Shown: positions 13,131 through 23,490 of the stretch, piece after piece | How the letters are laid out: each line of letters opens with the position of its first letter | How positions within the stretch are numbered: the first letter of the stretch is position 1 | NCBI GenBank assembly: GCA_963821525.1 | Contig: CAWGED010000019.1 | Coordinates: forward strand, 864,001-928,000 | DNA: 64,000 bases | Direction of reading: 5' to 3' | Source: an uncultured Gemmatimonadales bacterium | GTDB taxonomy: Bacteria; Gemmatimonadota; Gemmatimonadetes; Gemmatimonadales; GWC2-71-9 | Made by a program: the position numbers and the translations under genes | Notes under the pieces: generated by a model | Database searches by the model: none | The model's input: the letters and a program-made list of their open reading frames with translations, nothing else | What the model was told of the DNA's origin: nothing

Positions 13131-15679
13131 AAGGCGAAACCGGCCTGGACGTAGAGGGCGGTTGTTCGTCCCCGGCGGCCACGGCGGCACTCACTGTGTA
13201 GTCGCGGGCAATGGGCGCCAGCCAGATGCCGCCGCCGAAGGAGCTATGCCAGACATCGGAGTTCTCGCCCTCGAGGAAAACCCGGCCCACGTCAGCCAAA
13301 CCGAACACTCCGAAATCGGTCGGCAGGACGATGGTGGCGCGGCCCAGGCCCAACCGCAACTCTGCGTTGCCGTAGGCCGAGGCATCGCCGGCATAGCGGT
13401 TGTCGCGGCCGAGACGGACGGTCCCGGCGTCTCCGATGTATGCCGCTTCGAAGTAGGGATACGGGCCCCAGATTTTCTTCCCACCCGCCCTGAAGGCAAA
13501 GGTGGGGTGTAGCGGCAATTTCGGACTCAGGAACGTCGTGGCCTCCGCCGCGACATCGCCGAAGTCCTCTTCGACATCCCACCACGCCGGGAACACCCGT
13601 CCGGTGACCTCGACCGTCCAGCCCCGAGTGGCGGCGTGCAGCCGGTTCCGGCTGTCGAATCGGAACGCTACTCCGGCCCCGACTTCACCAAAATTCCCCG
13701 AGCCATATGGATTGACCGTGGCGAGGAAACGATCGGTACGGTTGTCGGTGCTCGCATACTTGAAATACGGTCCGAACGCGATATTCCCGTGTTGGGTCAA
13801 GGGGAACAGGAAGAGGGGCGACACCGTGTACGCGTCCTGAGTCACCCGGTAGAACTCGGCGCTTCCTGGATCATCGATTTCGTTGCCGAAGCCGTGGAAG
13901 TTCAGCACGTCTATGCCCGACGCCCGGGCCAGAAGCAGAAATCCGGCCCGTGAGTTCTCCCGATGGAACTCGCCTCGGTAGTCCACCCGATAGGAGAGTG
14001 GACCTGTGGCGAATCCCGCCCTGATCCGCTGCCGACTGGCAAAGGGAAGTTTGCGGAAGCCATACCGAGTGTAGGTGAGACCGGCGCCGAAGAAGAAGCC
14101 CAGGTCGGGGCCGTAAGAACCCCATATATGAACCTGCGAGCGATGCCCCCAGTCCCGGGGAGGGAGCTGACCCGCCGGGCGGGGCGGCAGCACGTATGGC
14201 TTGCGATCGATCTCCTCGCTTTTTCCCAGAGTGTGTTCCGGCGCCGCAGGATCATCGTAAAACCGATTGCTTCCGCTGGCCGCGGAATCGACCAGCACAT
14301 CGTCACCTTCATCCGCGAGGATTCTCAGGGTGGGGCCGCCACCGCTCCCGGATACCATCGCGCTGTCATCGCCATTTCGCAGAGTGACCCGGATGTCCTT
14401 CGTCTCATTTGCGAGGAACTTTCGGCGAAACCAGGGCAGACCCGGGCGTTTCGCGGGAACCTATGGTGAGCTCGAGGCCTGACTCATCACGGGTCGCGAT
14501 AGCCACATCGCTGCTGTCGGTCGCGGTGACGTCGACTTCGCCCGCCAGCATTTGATAGTACTTCCGCGCTTCCTTGGGCAGGCCGTTTCTGCGTTGGATG
14601 ATCCATTCGGTCAGGCGGCTCCCGATGAGCTGCAAATGCTCCGGAGGGAGGGCGGCCACCGCGTCCTGAATCACGCTATCGCTGAGGGCAGCCGTCAATC
14701 GGCTGACGACGGCCTCCCAGTCCGACCAGGAAAGGCCGATGAGCAGCCGACGATCCAGGTCGCGCCCGTTCCAGGCGGCGCCGACCGGATTGGAGTAGGC
14801 GCCCTTGAAGTCGGTGAGCTGAGGGGCGCTCTGCCGCGCGATCCACAGCAGGAATCCGTCGTACTTGGCGAAGGCCTGATCCCGGTCGAGGGGAATGGGG
14901 ACCCACCGTCGAGGAACTGAGTCTCCGAAGTAGGCCCAGCGCCATTGATCGCGGTGCCGGTCCCAGTCGCCGATCAGAACATCGAACAGCCTGGCCGTAA
15001 GGAAGGCGGGTCCGTCCACCTGATCATCCGAGGATCGTTCGAGCCGGGCAAAAAGGGTGTCGGTGAGGACGATCTCGGTGGCTCCGCCCCAGTGCGCCGC
15101 GGGACCCGACCCACCGACCCGATCTTCGAGGGTGCCCATGAGTCCGGCAAAGTCGGAGCGGAACTCCCCCATGCGCTCGACATCGGGCAGGACGACGATC
15201 GCCGGATCGGCGTGGAGAATGCCGGCGGCCTTGAGCAGCCGGCCCACGACCAGGGGCGCCGTCGGCAGGGCCGAGCTGGTTTGATCCCGCGCCACACCCG
15301 CCGCAACGGTCTGCCGGAATTCCTCCGGGAGAGCACCCGAGGGATCCTTGTCGATTGAGCGGAAAAAGAACTGTCGCCCGTCGGTGGCCTGCAGACGAAG
15401 GGTCTTGCTCTGCTGGCCTCCGGTTCCGGACACGGCGCGTACTCCTCCCGCGAAGGTATCCATGTCCAGCACTGGAACCGTTATCGGAGTGGTCCACACC
15501 TCGCGATACTCGCTGCCCAACAGGAACCGATGGAACCAACCGGCGCCATACTGTTTGCCGGCAGCCTGAAGAGTCGTCTCGGGCTGAGGCTCGGGAACCT
15601 GCTGTGCGAGGAGGGACCCAACCGGGAGTGTGGCACTCAGGACGAGGGTTACCGCCGCGACTCCCCGCCGGATCCTCAT
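13127..15679 (-). CDS. Secreted Omp85/BamA-TamA-family outer membrane protein with N-terminal atypical kinase-like domain; 2 frameshifts
   Basis: Signal peptide MRIRRGVAAV..SLLA|QQ; barrel motifs FRFDSRN..RG, GRDNRYAGD..GNAELR, FGGGIW; C-terminus ALYVQAGFAF* (terminal Phe). Joined from ORFs 14405..16051 and 12529..14358 plus a final frame. Confidence 0.75.
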
Positions 15680-17090
15680 GCCAATCCTGCCGTCTTCAGC
15701 CGGTACGCACGACCGACCAGTACGGCCAGCACCAACCAGCAAAGCGCCAGCACCAGGTTCACCTTGGCGAACTGCGATGTAGCCGAACCGAAGCTGACTG
15801 GTCCCCACGAAGACCAGGAGGGCGGACAGGACATCTCCCGACCGGACGAAGAAGGAATCGATGACCTGTTTCGCCTTGTACTTCTGTTCCCGGCTGGTGG
15901 GGAGGAAGAGTACGTTGCGCACCGTGTTCTGCAGCGAATAGTCGTTCGCGTTTTCGGCGATCTTCACCGAGCGAACCACGGAGAGAACCGGAAAGAGAGC
16001 GATCGCCGGATAGCCGACCATGGCGATGATTGGCGCGACGAGGACTGCCACCTGAACTCCGAAATACTTGAAAATGCCGGGACACTACGAACAGTTGGAG
16101 CAGGATGCCGACGCTGTTGACGACGAAATAGAACTGGGAGTAGAACGCCCCGATGAACTCCGCCTCCGAGAGTCCACCGGTAGCCCCCTTGGCAACGGCG
16201 GCCTTGGCCGCGGCGGTCAACGGTGCTCGAGAGGATATACTCCCCAGTGGTGTTGACCCAGTTGAGCACCAGAATCATCAGCGCGATCAGCAGGAGATAG
16301 CGATCCCCGAAGACCAGCCGGAAGGTGCCGGGCCGAGGCGGCAACCCGCTGCGGGAGAGCGTTACCGCCTTCTTCTCTCCCCTGGTGACGACTTCGTACT
16401 CACCAGTCGCCGCGGGTACCGTCGCCGTAGTGAACCGGTCTGGAATCCCGGCCTCCGCGTGCCGCCGCTCTCGCGCATCCACGCGATTGCTCAGGACCGC
16501 GGCGATCGCCAGCAGAGCAGCGGCGACCAGCAGCAGCTGCGGCACTCCCACCAAGCGGAATGAGCCGGTTGGTCAGGAGACTTCCAACCACGGCACCCAG
16601 CGATGCCCCGAAGGCGACAATCGGAAACAGCCGCTCGCCCTGATCCTTGGTATACAGGTCGTTAGCAAAGGACCAGAACTGCGCCACGATCATCAGGTTG
16701 AAGATGCCGACCCAGAGAAAGAACGGGAACGCCAACCGGCACGCGAGCATGGGCCAGAGCCCAGAACCCCACGAGGCACACGATGAAGAAGCCGGTGACC
16801 ACATTGAGCAGGCGCCGGCGCGGAAGTCGGTCGGCCAGGGCGCCATACGCGGGAACCAGCACGAGAAGGAGCAAGGCCTGTCCCGCAGCGACGTAGCTCT
16901 TGACCACGGCCCCTTCGTGCGAGAGGATGAGCGCCTCCCGAACCGGCTTGAGGATGTAGTAGGCGCACAGCAGGAGAAGCACATTGAGCGCGAGAAGGAG
17001 GGCCGTTACTCCCTCCCCCGCTCGAACATCGGTGAACAACCGAAGCGCTCGATCCAGCGGCGCGGCTTGATCCACGGTGGACGTAGTCAC
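15676..17090 (-). CDS. NTT/Npt1-Npt2 family nucleotide (ATP/ADP) transporter homologue; multiple frameshifts
   Basis: DVRAGE..AYYILKPVREAL; WVGIFN..AQFWSFANDLY..GERLFP..GASLG; ENANDYSLQNTVRNVLFLPTSREQKYKAKQVIDSFFVRSGD. Confidence 0.8.
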
Positions 17091-18502
17091 CCGATGCTCA
17101 CCGTGACGAAGCGAAGTTTGCTGTCCCGAAGGACCTGGAGAACCACCGTGTCTCCCGAATTCAGCGCCGAAAGGCTTTGCCGCAGATCCGCGACGGTGGC
17201 CACGGCGGTTCCGTTCAAAGCATAGATCACATCGCCTGGCTGCAGTCCGCCCTGCCCGGCGGTGGCGTCCGGGGTGAGAGCCGCGACGACCACTCCGCTT
17301 GGTTGCCGCAGCCCCGGGATTTGAGCCGCCAGTTCCTTGGTCATGTCGAGCCCCAGCACACCCAGCCTCGGCACGAGGTTTTTCTCGGGCGTCACCAGAC
17401 TGCCCAGGCGAGCTGCGTTGTCCTGTCGCTCGATCACCGGCACCCGAATGGTCTGGTGCTGGAGGCCTCGCCGCACATCGAGCGCCACCGATTGCCCCAG
17501 GGGCTGGCGATAAAGCGTCACGTCAAACTGCCGCCCGTTCTCAACCACCTTTCCGTTCACCGATAAGACGACATCGCCGGTCTGAAGGCCGGCCTTGGCA
17601 GCGGGACCGCCTGGATACACATCGCCGATGACCACGCCCCAGTTCTGGGGGAGACGAAGGGCCGTCGCCATGGCGGGCGTTATCGTCTGGGCGAAGACCC
17701 CGATGTCGCCCCGGCGGACTCGGCCGTATTGCCGCAGCTGGTCAACCACGTGGCGGACGATGTTGCTGGGGGCGGCAAAGCCGATCCCTTCGCTGCCGCC
17801 CGACTGGCTGAGAATGAGGGTGTTGATGCCAGTCACCGCTCCATCGGTGGTCACCAGAGGCCCTCCGCTGTTGCCCGGATTGATCGGGGTGTCGGTCTGG
17901 ATATAGACCATCCGATCGTCTTCCCGAAGCTGCCGGCCCACCGCACTCACGACCCCCATCGTCACCGTGCTGGCCAGCCCGAGCGGACTGCCCAATGCGA
18001 GGACCAATTCGCCAGGCTCGAGCGAATCGGAATCAGCGAGGCGAGCGACGGGCAGTCCGGTGGCTGGAACCTTGAGAACGGCGAGGTCCGTCTCGCGATC
18101 GATTCCCACCAGCTCGCCCTGGAGCTCGCGAGCGGGACCGGCCACGAGCGATCTCCCCGGAGCGTCGGGTGCGGCCGGAGTGGCCAGCGCGACTGTGAAG
18201 CGGCGCCCGCCCTCGACCACGTGTGCATTGGTGACGATGTAACCGTCCGGGCTGAGGATGACGCCAGAGCCGGTCTGTTGCTGGTTGCCCAGAAAAGCCG
18301 TGCCGCTCTTCTCGCCTAGCGGACCCCAGGCGGCGACTCGAACCTGAACCACGGCGGGTTGTACCTGGGAGGCGACCTTTGCGAGATCCCGACTCAGGGC
18401 TCGCAGATCTTGCTGGGCTGGGAGCGCGTTGGGCCACGCAAGTAACGCCAGCAGGGCAGCGAGCCTCGCCAGCGCAGAGAGGTGCAGGTCAGCGCGCCCC
18501 AC
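17087..18502 (-). CDS. HtrA/DegP-DegQ family periplasmic serine protease with two PDZ domains
   Basis: GSGVI..VTNAHVV, TDLAVLK, IQTDTPINPGNSGGPL; signal peptide ending ALPA|QQ. Confidence 0.92.
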   Translation of the reverse strand: MGRADLHLSALARLAALLALLAWPNALPAQQDLRALSRDLAKVASQVQPAVVQVRVAAWGPLGEKSGTAFLGNQQQTGSGVILSPDGYIVTNAHVVEGGRRFTVALATPAAPDAPGRSLVAGPARELQGELVGIDRETDLAVLKVPATGLPVARLADSDSLEPGELVLALGSPLGLASTVTMGVVSAVGRQLREDDRMVYIQTDTPINPGNSGGPLVTTDGAVTGINTLILSQSGGSEGIGFAAPSNIVRHVVDQLRQYGRVRRGDIGVFAQTITPAMATALRLPQNWGVVIGDVYPGGPAAKAGLQTGDVVLSVNGKVVENGRQFDVTLYRQPLGQSVALDVRRGLQHQTIRVPVIERQDNAARLGSLVTPEKNLVPRLGVLGLDMTKELAAQIPGLRQPSGVVVAALTPDATAGQGGLQPGDVIYALNGTAVATVADLRQSLSALNSGDTVVLQVLRDSKLRFVTVSIG

Positions 18503-20157
18503 TGGCCTGCTCGACCGCGTCCGGTTCAGAAGTGAGGGCCGGCATCAGGCGCATATCACACTCGACACACTCTTCGCTGAAGGCATTGAGCGGCCGATGC
18601 CTTTCCCACCAGTGTGCCGCCCGCTCTTCATCCCAGACTGCTCCGGGTACTGCAGCCTGGAGCCGCGCGGCCAGCTCTCTCGCCGACTGTGGACGGTCCT
18701 CGGGACGCTTCGCCAGACAGGAGAGGATCACCTCGTCGAAGGCTGCGGGCAGCTCGATCTCGGTCCGCCGGGAAGGTGGTATTGGCGGCTCGTTCGCGTG
18801 CTTCAGCATCATGGCCACGGCTGACGGCGCGTCGAAAACCAGTTTACCCGTCACCAGCCAATAGGCCACGCAGCCCAGGGCGTAAATATCCGCCCGGTGG
18901 TCCACCGGAGTCCCCAGAACAGTCTCCGGTGCGATGTAGGCGGGAGTACCGGCCGTCGCGTTGGGTGCAGTCAGCATCGACTGGCCAGGGTCCGCGTTCT
19001 CGGCCTTCACCAGACCAAAGTCCAGCACTTTACGAAATCAACTTCGAGACCGAGACGACAGGTGAAGATGTTTCCACGCCTTAATGTCGCGGTGGACCAG
19101 CCCATTCACGTGAGCCTCTTCGAGCGACGCGCACGCCTGGGTCAGCAGATACACTGCCCGTTCGGCCGACACCGGACCGAAGGTCTGCACCAGCCTCTCG
19201 AGGTCCAGGCCATCGAGCAATTCCATCACCAGAAAGAAGGTGCCGTCCTCCGACACCCCGAAGTCGTACAGGCTTATCGTGTGCGGCGACTTCAGGGAGG
19301 CGGTGGCCTGTGCCTCGCGCCGGAATCGCTCGAGAATCAGCCGAGCGCCAGCCGCACTGGTGCCACCCAGCACTTCCTGGCGGATGAGCTTGATCGCTGC
19401 CGGACGGGCGAGGGTATGATGCGTGGCTCGATACACCTCGCCCATGCCACCCTTGCCCAACACCTCCTCAAGGCGGTAGCTCCCCAACTCACGCGCACGA
19501 TTGACCTGCTGGCCCAGGCGCCGGATCACCTTGACGGGGACCACCGCGATGGCCGCCGCGATGTAGTTGGGGAGGAAGGCCCAGAGGTAATTGAACAGGG
19601 TCGCGTTCACTTCCTGTCCGCGCAGGGTCGAAATCCAGAGCGCGAGCGGCCCCATGCTGGCCGCCAACAAACCAGTGAAGAGTGTCTTCCGCACCGTATT
19701 GGGCACGATCGAGGGATAGACAACGATTCCCACGATGATCCAGGAGGGGCTCGGCTGGGTGACATGGGGCTCCCACTGCTCAATCAAGCCCACGAGCAGT
19801 GACGTAAGCACCAGGTAGCCCGAACCCAGGTCGAGCAGTAGCTGCTGTCTGAAGCCCTTAACACGGCCCAGGTAGGCCATGAGCAGGGAAGCGGCCAGGC
19901 CGATTCCCGCAGATGAGGTTCCCCGGCATCGGCCAGACCGGGTAGTAGAGCATCGTCACTCCGAGGATCCGGGCGACGACGTTGTTCATGAACAGGGCGA
20001 ACGCCCACAGCGCCGCGAAAGGCGAGAGCTGGCCGCCCAGACCCGTTGGCAGGTCTGGTACAAGACATCGTTAGGCAGGCTGCGCTCAGCCCCACTCGCG
20101 GACATGGCCTGGAGCGGGGGTGGAGGGACGGCGTTGAATAGTCCGGGGTGCGGCCAT
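18489..20157 (-). CDS. Membrane-anchored Ser/Thr protein kinase; frameshifted
   Basis: N-terminal TM segments then LGKGGMGEVY, AAIKL, HRDIK (ORF 19038..19880) continuing DFGLVK..GTPAYIAPE (ORF 18489..19028); probable ATG at 20157. Confidence 0.8.
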
Positions 20158-20237
20158 GATAACCCTGGAAACGGACGAAGTGGCTTCCTGAACGTAGCCT
20201 TTCCGGGGCCATGATGTAACCGCCTCCCAGGGACCAA

Positions 20238-20271
20238 CAAAACGCCCCCGGTGGGATCTCCGGGGGCGTTG
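20238..20271 (-). terminator. Rho-independent terminator
   Basis: Stem AACGCCCCCGG/CCGGGGGCGTT followed by T-rich tail on the minus strand. Confidence 0.7.
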
Positions 20272-20295
20272 CCAATCCCTTAGCGGGGGACGCAG

Positions 20296-20967
20296 CTAGT
20301 GAGCGCCCGTCGTATCCACGGTAAGCGAGAACCCGTTCTTGTCCGCCTGAAGCCGTACGACCGCGCGCCCGTCCTTGCCATTTACCAGCAGGAAGGCGCC
20401 GTTGCTGTCGGCCTTCAGGTGAAGCAGCTCGCCCTTATCGCCCTTGGCACTCACGCGAATGGGACCGGTGAAATCGGCGTCGGCCGAGAACGGGTCTCCC
20501 TTGTGGAGCTGAGCCACGACCTTGCTTCCGGCGAGAACGGGGCGCTCGAGCCCCGAAGGCTGGAACACGATCGACCCGACCTCCTGCCACCCGCTTTCAC
20601 CTTTCGCGGCGCAGCGGAAACCATCCTCGAACTCGAAGTCATCACCGCCGACCGGCACCAGCTGACACGCCTTCAGCTGCGACAGGTCCGCATCCGAATC
20701 GAGGGCTACGGTAAACGTGAAGTGAGCGAGATCCTGGTCGGCGGGGCGGCGAATCGACATGTGGTTGACGGTCCCCAACCGCTGCCCTTCCAGGACGAAG
20801 GGGATGTCCGCCTGCAGCTCGGCGGTCGCGACATGGAGCGGCCGGGTTACCCGGGTTAGCGCTGCCTTCATTGTACTCTTGGCATCTTCGACGACGGTGA
20901 CGAGCAGCATGCCGACCAGAAAGACGCCGAGGGCGCCGAGGCCGATTTTGGTCCACAGGGTGCGCAT
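20296..20967 (-). CDS. Hypothetical protein with N-terminal membrane anchor
   Basis: Clean 223-aa ORF, GGAGG RBS, single TM helix, downstream terminator; no family recognised. Confidence 0.7.
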   Translation of the reverse strand: MRTLWTKIGLGALGVFLVGMLLVTVVEDAKSTMKAALTRVTRPLHVATAELQADIPFVLEGQRLGTVNHMSIRRPADQDLAHFTFTVALDSDADLSQLKACQLVPVGGDDFEFEDGFRCAAKGESGWQEVGSIVFQPSGLERPVLAGSKVVAQLHKGDPFSADADFTGPIRVSAKGDKGELLHLKADSNGAFLLVNGKDGRAVVRLQADKNGFSLTVDTTGAH

Positions 20968-21008
20968 GGGAGACCTCCGGGAAGTGACCGACGGGGCAAT
21001 GGTGCCCG

Positions 21009-21035
21009 TACGACCCCGGTCACCGAGCGGTTTCA
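21009..21035 (-). promoter_or_regulatory. ECF sigma (SigW-like) promoter
   Basis: Minus strand TGAAAC-N17-CGTA about 40 bp upstream of ORF 20296..20967. Confidence 0.5.
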
Positions 21036-21085
21036 GAATGGGACATGGCTAGACCAGCCCCGGAGGAGGAGGCTTGGAGGAAAGC

Positions 21086-21115
21086 CAACGGGCGGGGGAT
21101 ATCCCCCGCCCGTTG
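21086..21115. terminator. Stem-loop downstream of pilC
   Basis: Near-perfect palindrome CAACGGGCGGGGGATATCCCCCGCCCGTTG. Confidence 0.6.
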
Positions 21116-21138
21116 ACGATTCCTGTGGGATCCGGCGG

Positions 21139-22344
21139 TTACTGGACCGCGTTCACCATGTCGAAGATCGGGAGGTACATCGCGACCACCATGCCGCCCA
21201 CGATGACGCCGAGGACGACGATCATGATCGGCTCCATAAGGGAGAGCAGCGCACTGACTGCGACGTCAACCTCGTCATCGTAGAAGTCGGCGATCTTGGA
21301 GAGCATCTCGTCCAGGCCGCCGGTCTGTTCGCCGACCGCGATCATCGAGATCACCATCGGCGGGAAGACCTTGGACTTCTCGAGCGGGGCGGCAATCGTC
21401 TCACCGCCGGCGATCGACTGCCGGGAGGCCATTACTGCGTCATGGATGACCCGGTTGCCGGCCGTCTTGGCCGTGATCTCGAGTCCGTCCAGGATGCTCA
21501 CGCCGGAGCTGATCAGGGTGCCCAGCGTCCGGGTGAAGCGGGACACGGCCGACTTCCGCAGCATGTCGCCGAGGACCGGAGCGTTGAGCAGCATCTGGTC
21601 GATCCGCTTCTTGCCGTCGTCGGTGGCGTAGTAGCGCCGGATGCCGAAAATCGCCAACCCGATCACGGCGATAATCACCCACCAGTAATTGATGAGCAGC
21701 TGGGACGCACCGATCACGATACGGGTCGGGAGCGGCAATTCCAGGTTGACCGAGGCGAACATCGCCTGGAAGGTCGGGATCACGAAGATGAGCAGCACGG
21801 CCACGGCCACCGCGGCTACGGTGAAGATCACGCCGGGGTAGACCATCGCGCCCTTCACCTTGCGCATCAGGGCGTCGTTCTTTTCCAGGAACGTCGCCAG
21901 ACGGAGCAGAATGGTGTCCAGGATACCGCCCGCCTCACCGGCCGCGACCATGTTGACGTAGAGGTCGGTGAAGGCCTTGGGATGCTTGGAGAAGGCATCG
22001 GCCAGGGTGTGCCCGCTCTCCACGTCGTACACCACCTGCCGGGTGACTTCGGCGAGGGCGGGGTTCTCGGTCTGCTTGGCGAGGATGTCCAGCGATTGGA
22101 CCAGCGGCAGACCGGCGTTGATCATGGTCGCGAACTGCCGGGTGAAGATCACGATGTCCCGGGTCGCGACGCCCTTCCGCTTGAGGCTGAAGCTGATCTG
22201 CTTCGGCTGCTCGCGGATGTTCACCATCATCATCTTCTGCTGCTTGATGTGCTTCACTACGTCGTCTTTCGACGCCACATCGAGCTGGCCCTTTAGGATC
22301 TGGCCATTGGCAGGGTTTCGCGCGGTGTACTCGTAGACTGGCAT
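21139..22344 (-). CDS. pilC: Type IV pilus inner membrane platform protein
   Basis: FTRQFATMINAGLPL, AGEAGGIL, AMVYP, VGEQTGGLDEML, MYLPIF. Confidence 0.93.
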   Translation of the reverse strand: MPVYEYTARNPANGQILKGQLDVASKDDVVKHIKQQKMMMVNIREQPKQISFSLKRKGVATRDIVIFTRQFATMINAGLPLVQSLDILAKQTENPALAEVTRQVVYDVESGHTLADAFSKHPKAFTDLYVNMVAAGEAGGILDTILLRLATFLEKNDALMRKVKGAMVYPGVIFTVAAVAVAVLLIFVIPTFQAMFASVNLELPLPTRIVIGASQLLINYWWVIIAVIGLAIFGIRRYYATDDGKKRIDQMLLNAPVLGDMLRKSAVSRFTRTLGTLISSGVSILDGLEITAKTAGNRVIHDAVMASRQSIAGGETIAAPLEKSKVFPPMVISMIAVGEQTGGLDEMLSKIADFYDDEVDVAVSALLSLMEPIMIVVLGVIVGGMVVAMYLPIFDMVNAVQ

Positions 22345-22362
22345 GAGGCAGCCCCCCCTGAG

Positions 22363-23490
22363 TTAGCGCCGGCCGGCCGGCTTGGCGGACTTCTCCACAG
22401 TCCCCATCTCCTGCTCCTCGATCGGCGTCTCGCCGCACATCCGGAGGAGCTCGTTCGGATCACTCGAGGCCCGGAGACATTCCTCGAGGGTTACTTCCCG
22501 GCTGGTGTGCAGCTGGAAGAGCGAATCGTTCATCGTCTGCATGCCGTGCTTCTTGCCCGACTGAAGTGCGGAGTAGATCTGGTGGACTTTGTCATCGCGG
22601 ATCAGTGCCCGGATGGCGGGGGTGCAGACCATGATTTCGGCGGCCATGGCGCGTCCCCTGCCCTTCGCTTTCTGCAGCAGGGTCTGGGTCACGACGCCTT
22701 CCAGCACGAAGGCCAGCTGGGCCCGGACCTGCTGTTGCTGGTTCGAAGGGAACACGTCGATGATGCGGTTGATGGACTCCGCCGCCGAGTTGGTGTGCAG
22801 CGTCGCCAGAGCCAGGTGGCCGGTCTCGGCGATGGTGAGCGTGGCGGCGATCGTTTCCAGGTCGCGCATTTCGCCCACGAGCAGCACGTCGGGATCTTCG
22901 CGAAGAGCGTACTTCAGCGCGTTGGCGAAACTCTTGGTGTCGGTGCCCACTTCGCGCTGATTGATGATGCAGCTCTGGTGACGGTGGATGAACTCGATCG
23001 GGTCTTCGACCGTGATGATGTGACCCTTCCGCTCCTTGTTGATCTTGTCGAGAATCGCCGCGAGCGTGGTTGATTTCCCCGAGCCGGTCGGCCCGGTTAC
23101 CAGGATCAGCCCGCGCGGCTTCTCCGCCAGCTTGGAGAGGATCGGGGGAAGGCCCAAGTCCTGGAAGGTCCGCACATTGAAGGGAATCATGCGGATCACC
23201 ATGGCCACACAACCGCGCTGCTTGAAGACGTTGCCGCGGAATCGGGCAAGGTTCTGGATGCCGAAAGAAAAGTCCAGCTCGTCCTCGGTCTCGAATCGCT
23301 TTTTCTGATTTTCGGTGAGGACCGAGTAGGCGAGCGAGAGGGTATCCTTCGGGGTCAGCACGTCGGGCGGCGCGGCGTTGGTCATGTCTCCGTCGACCCG
23401 AATTTTGGCCCGCTCGCCGGCAGTAACGTGGAGGTCCGAGGCCTCCTTCTCGATCATCTCCTCGAGCAGCGCGCGCAGATTGATCGTCAT
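22363..23490 (-). CDS. pilT: Type IV pilus retraction ATPase
   Basis: GPTGSGKSTT, EDPIEF, ALREDPD, GEMRD, TLHT, AIRALIR motif, GMQTM. Confidence 0.95.
   Translation of the reverse strand: MTINLRALLEEMIEKEASDLHVTAGERAKIRVDGDMTNAAPPDVLTPKDTLSLAYSVLTENQKKRFETEDELDFSFGIQNLARFRGNVFKQRGCVAMVIRMIPFNVRTFQDLGLPPILSKLAEKPRGLILVTGPTGSGKSTTLAAILDKINKERKGHIITVEDPIEFIHRHQSCIINQREVGTDTKSFANALKYALREDPDVLLVGEMRDLETIAATLTIAETGHLALATLHTNSAAESINRIIDVFPSNQQQQVRAQLAFVLEGVVTQTLLQKAKGRGRAMAAEIMVCTPAIRALIRDDKVHQIYSALQSGKKHGMQTMNDSLFQLHTSREVTLEECLRASSDPNELLRMCGETPIEEQEMGTVEKSAKPAGRR

Noticed and set aside
10918..17090. Calling the fragmented genes pseudogenes or programmed frameshifts
   Set aside because: Indels also hit housekeeping genes such as nadB, motifs remain intact and no consistent slippery site is visible; sequencing error is more parsimonious, though unproven.
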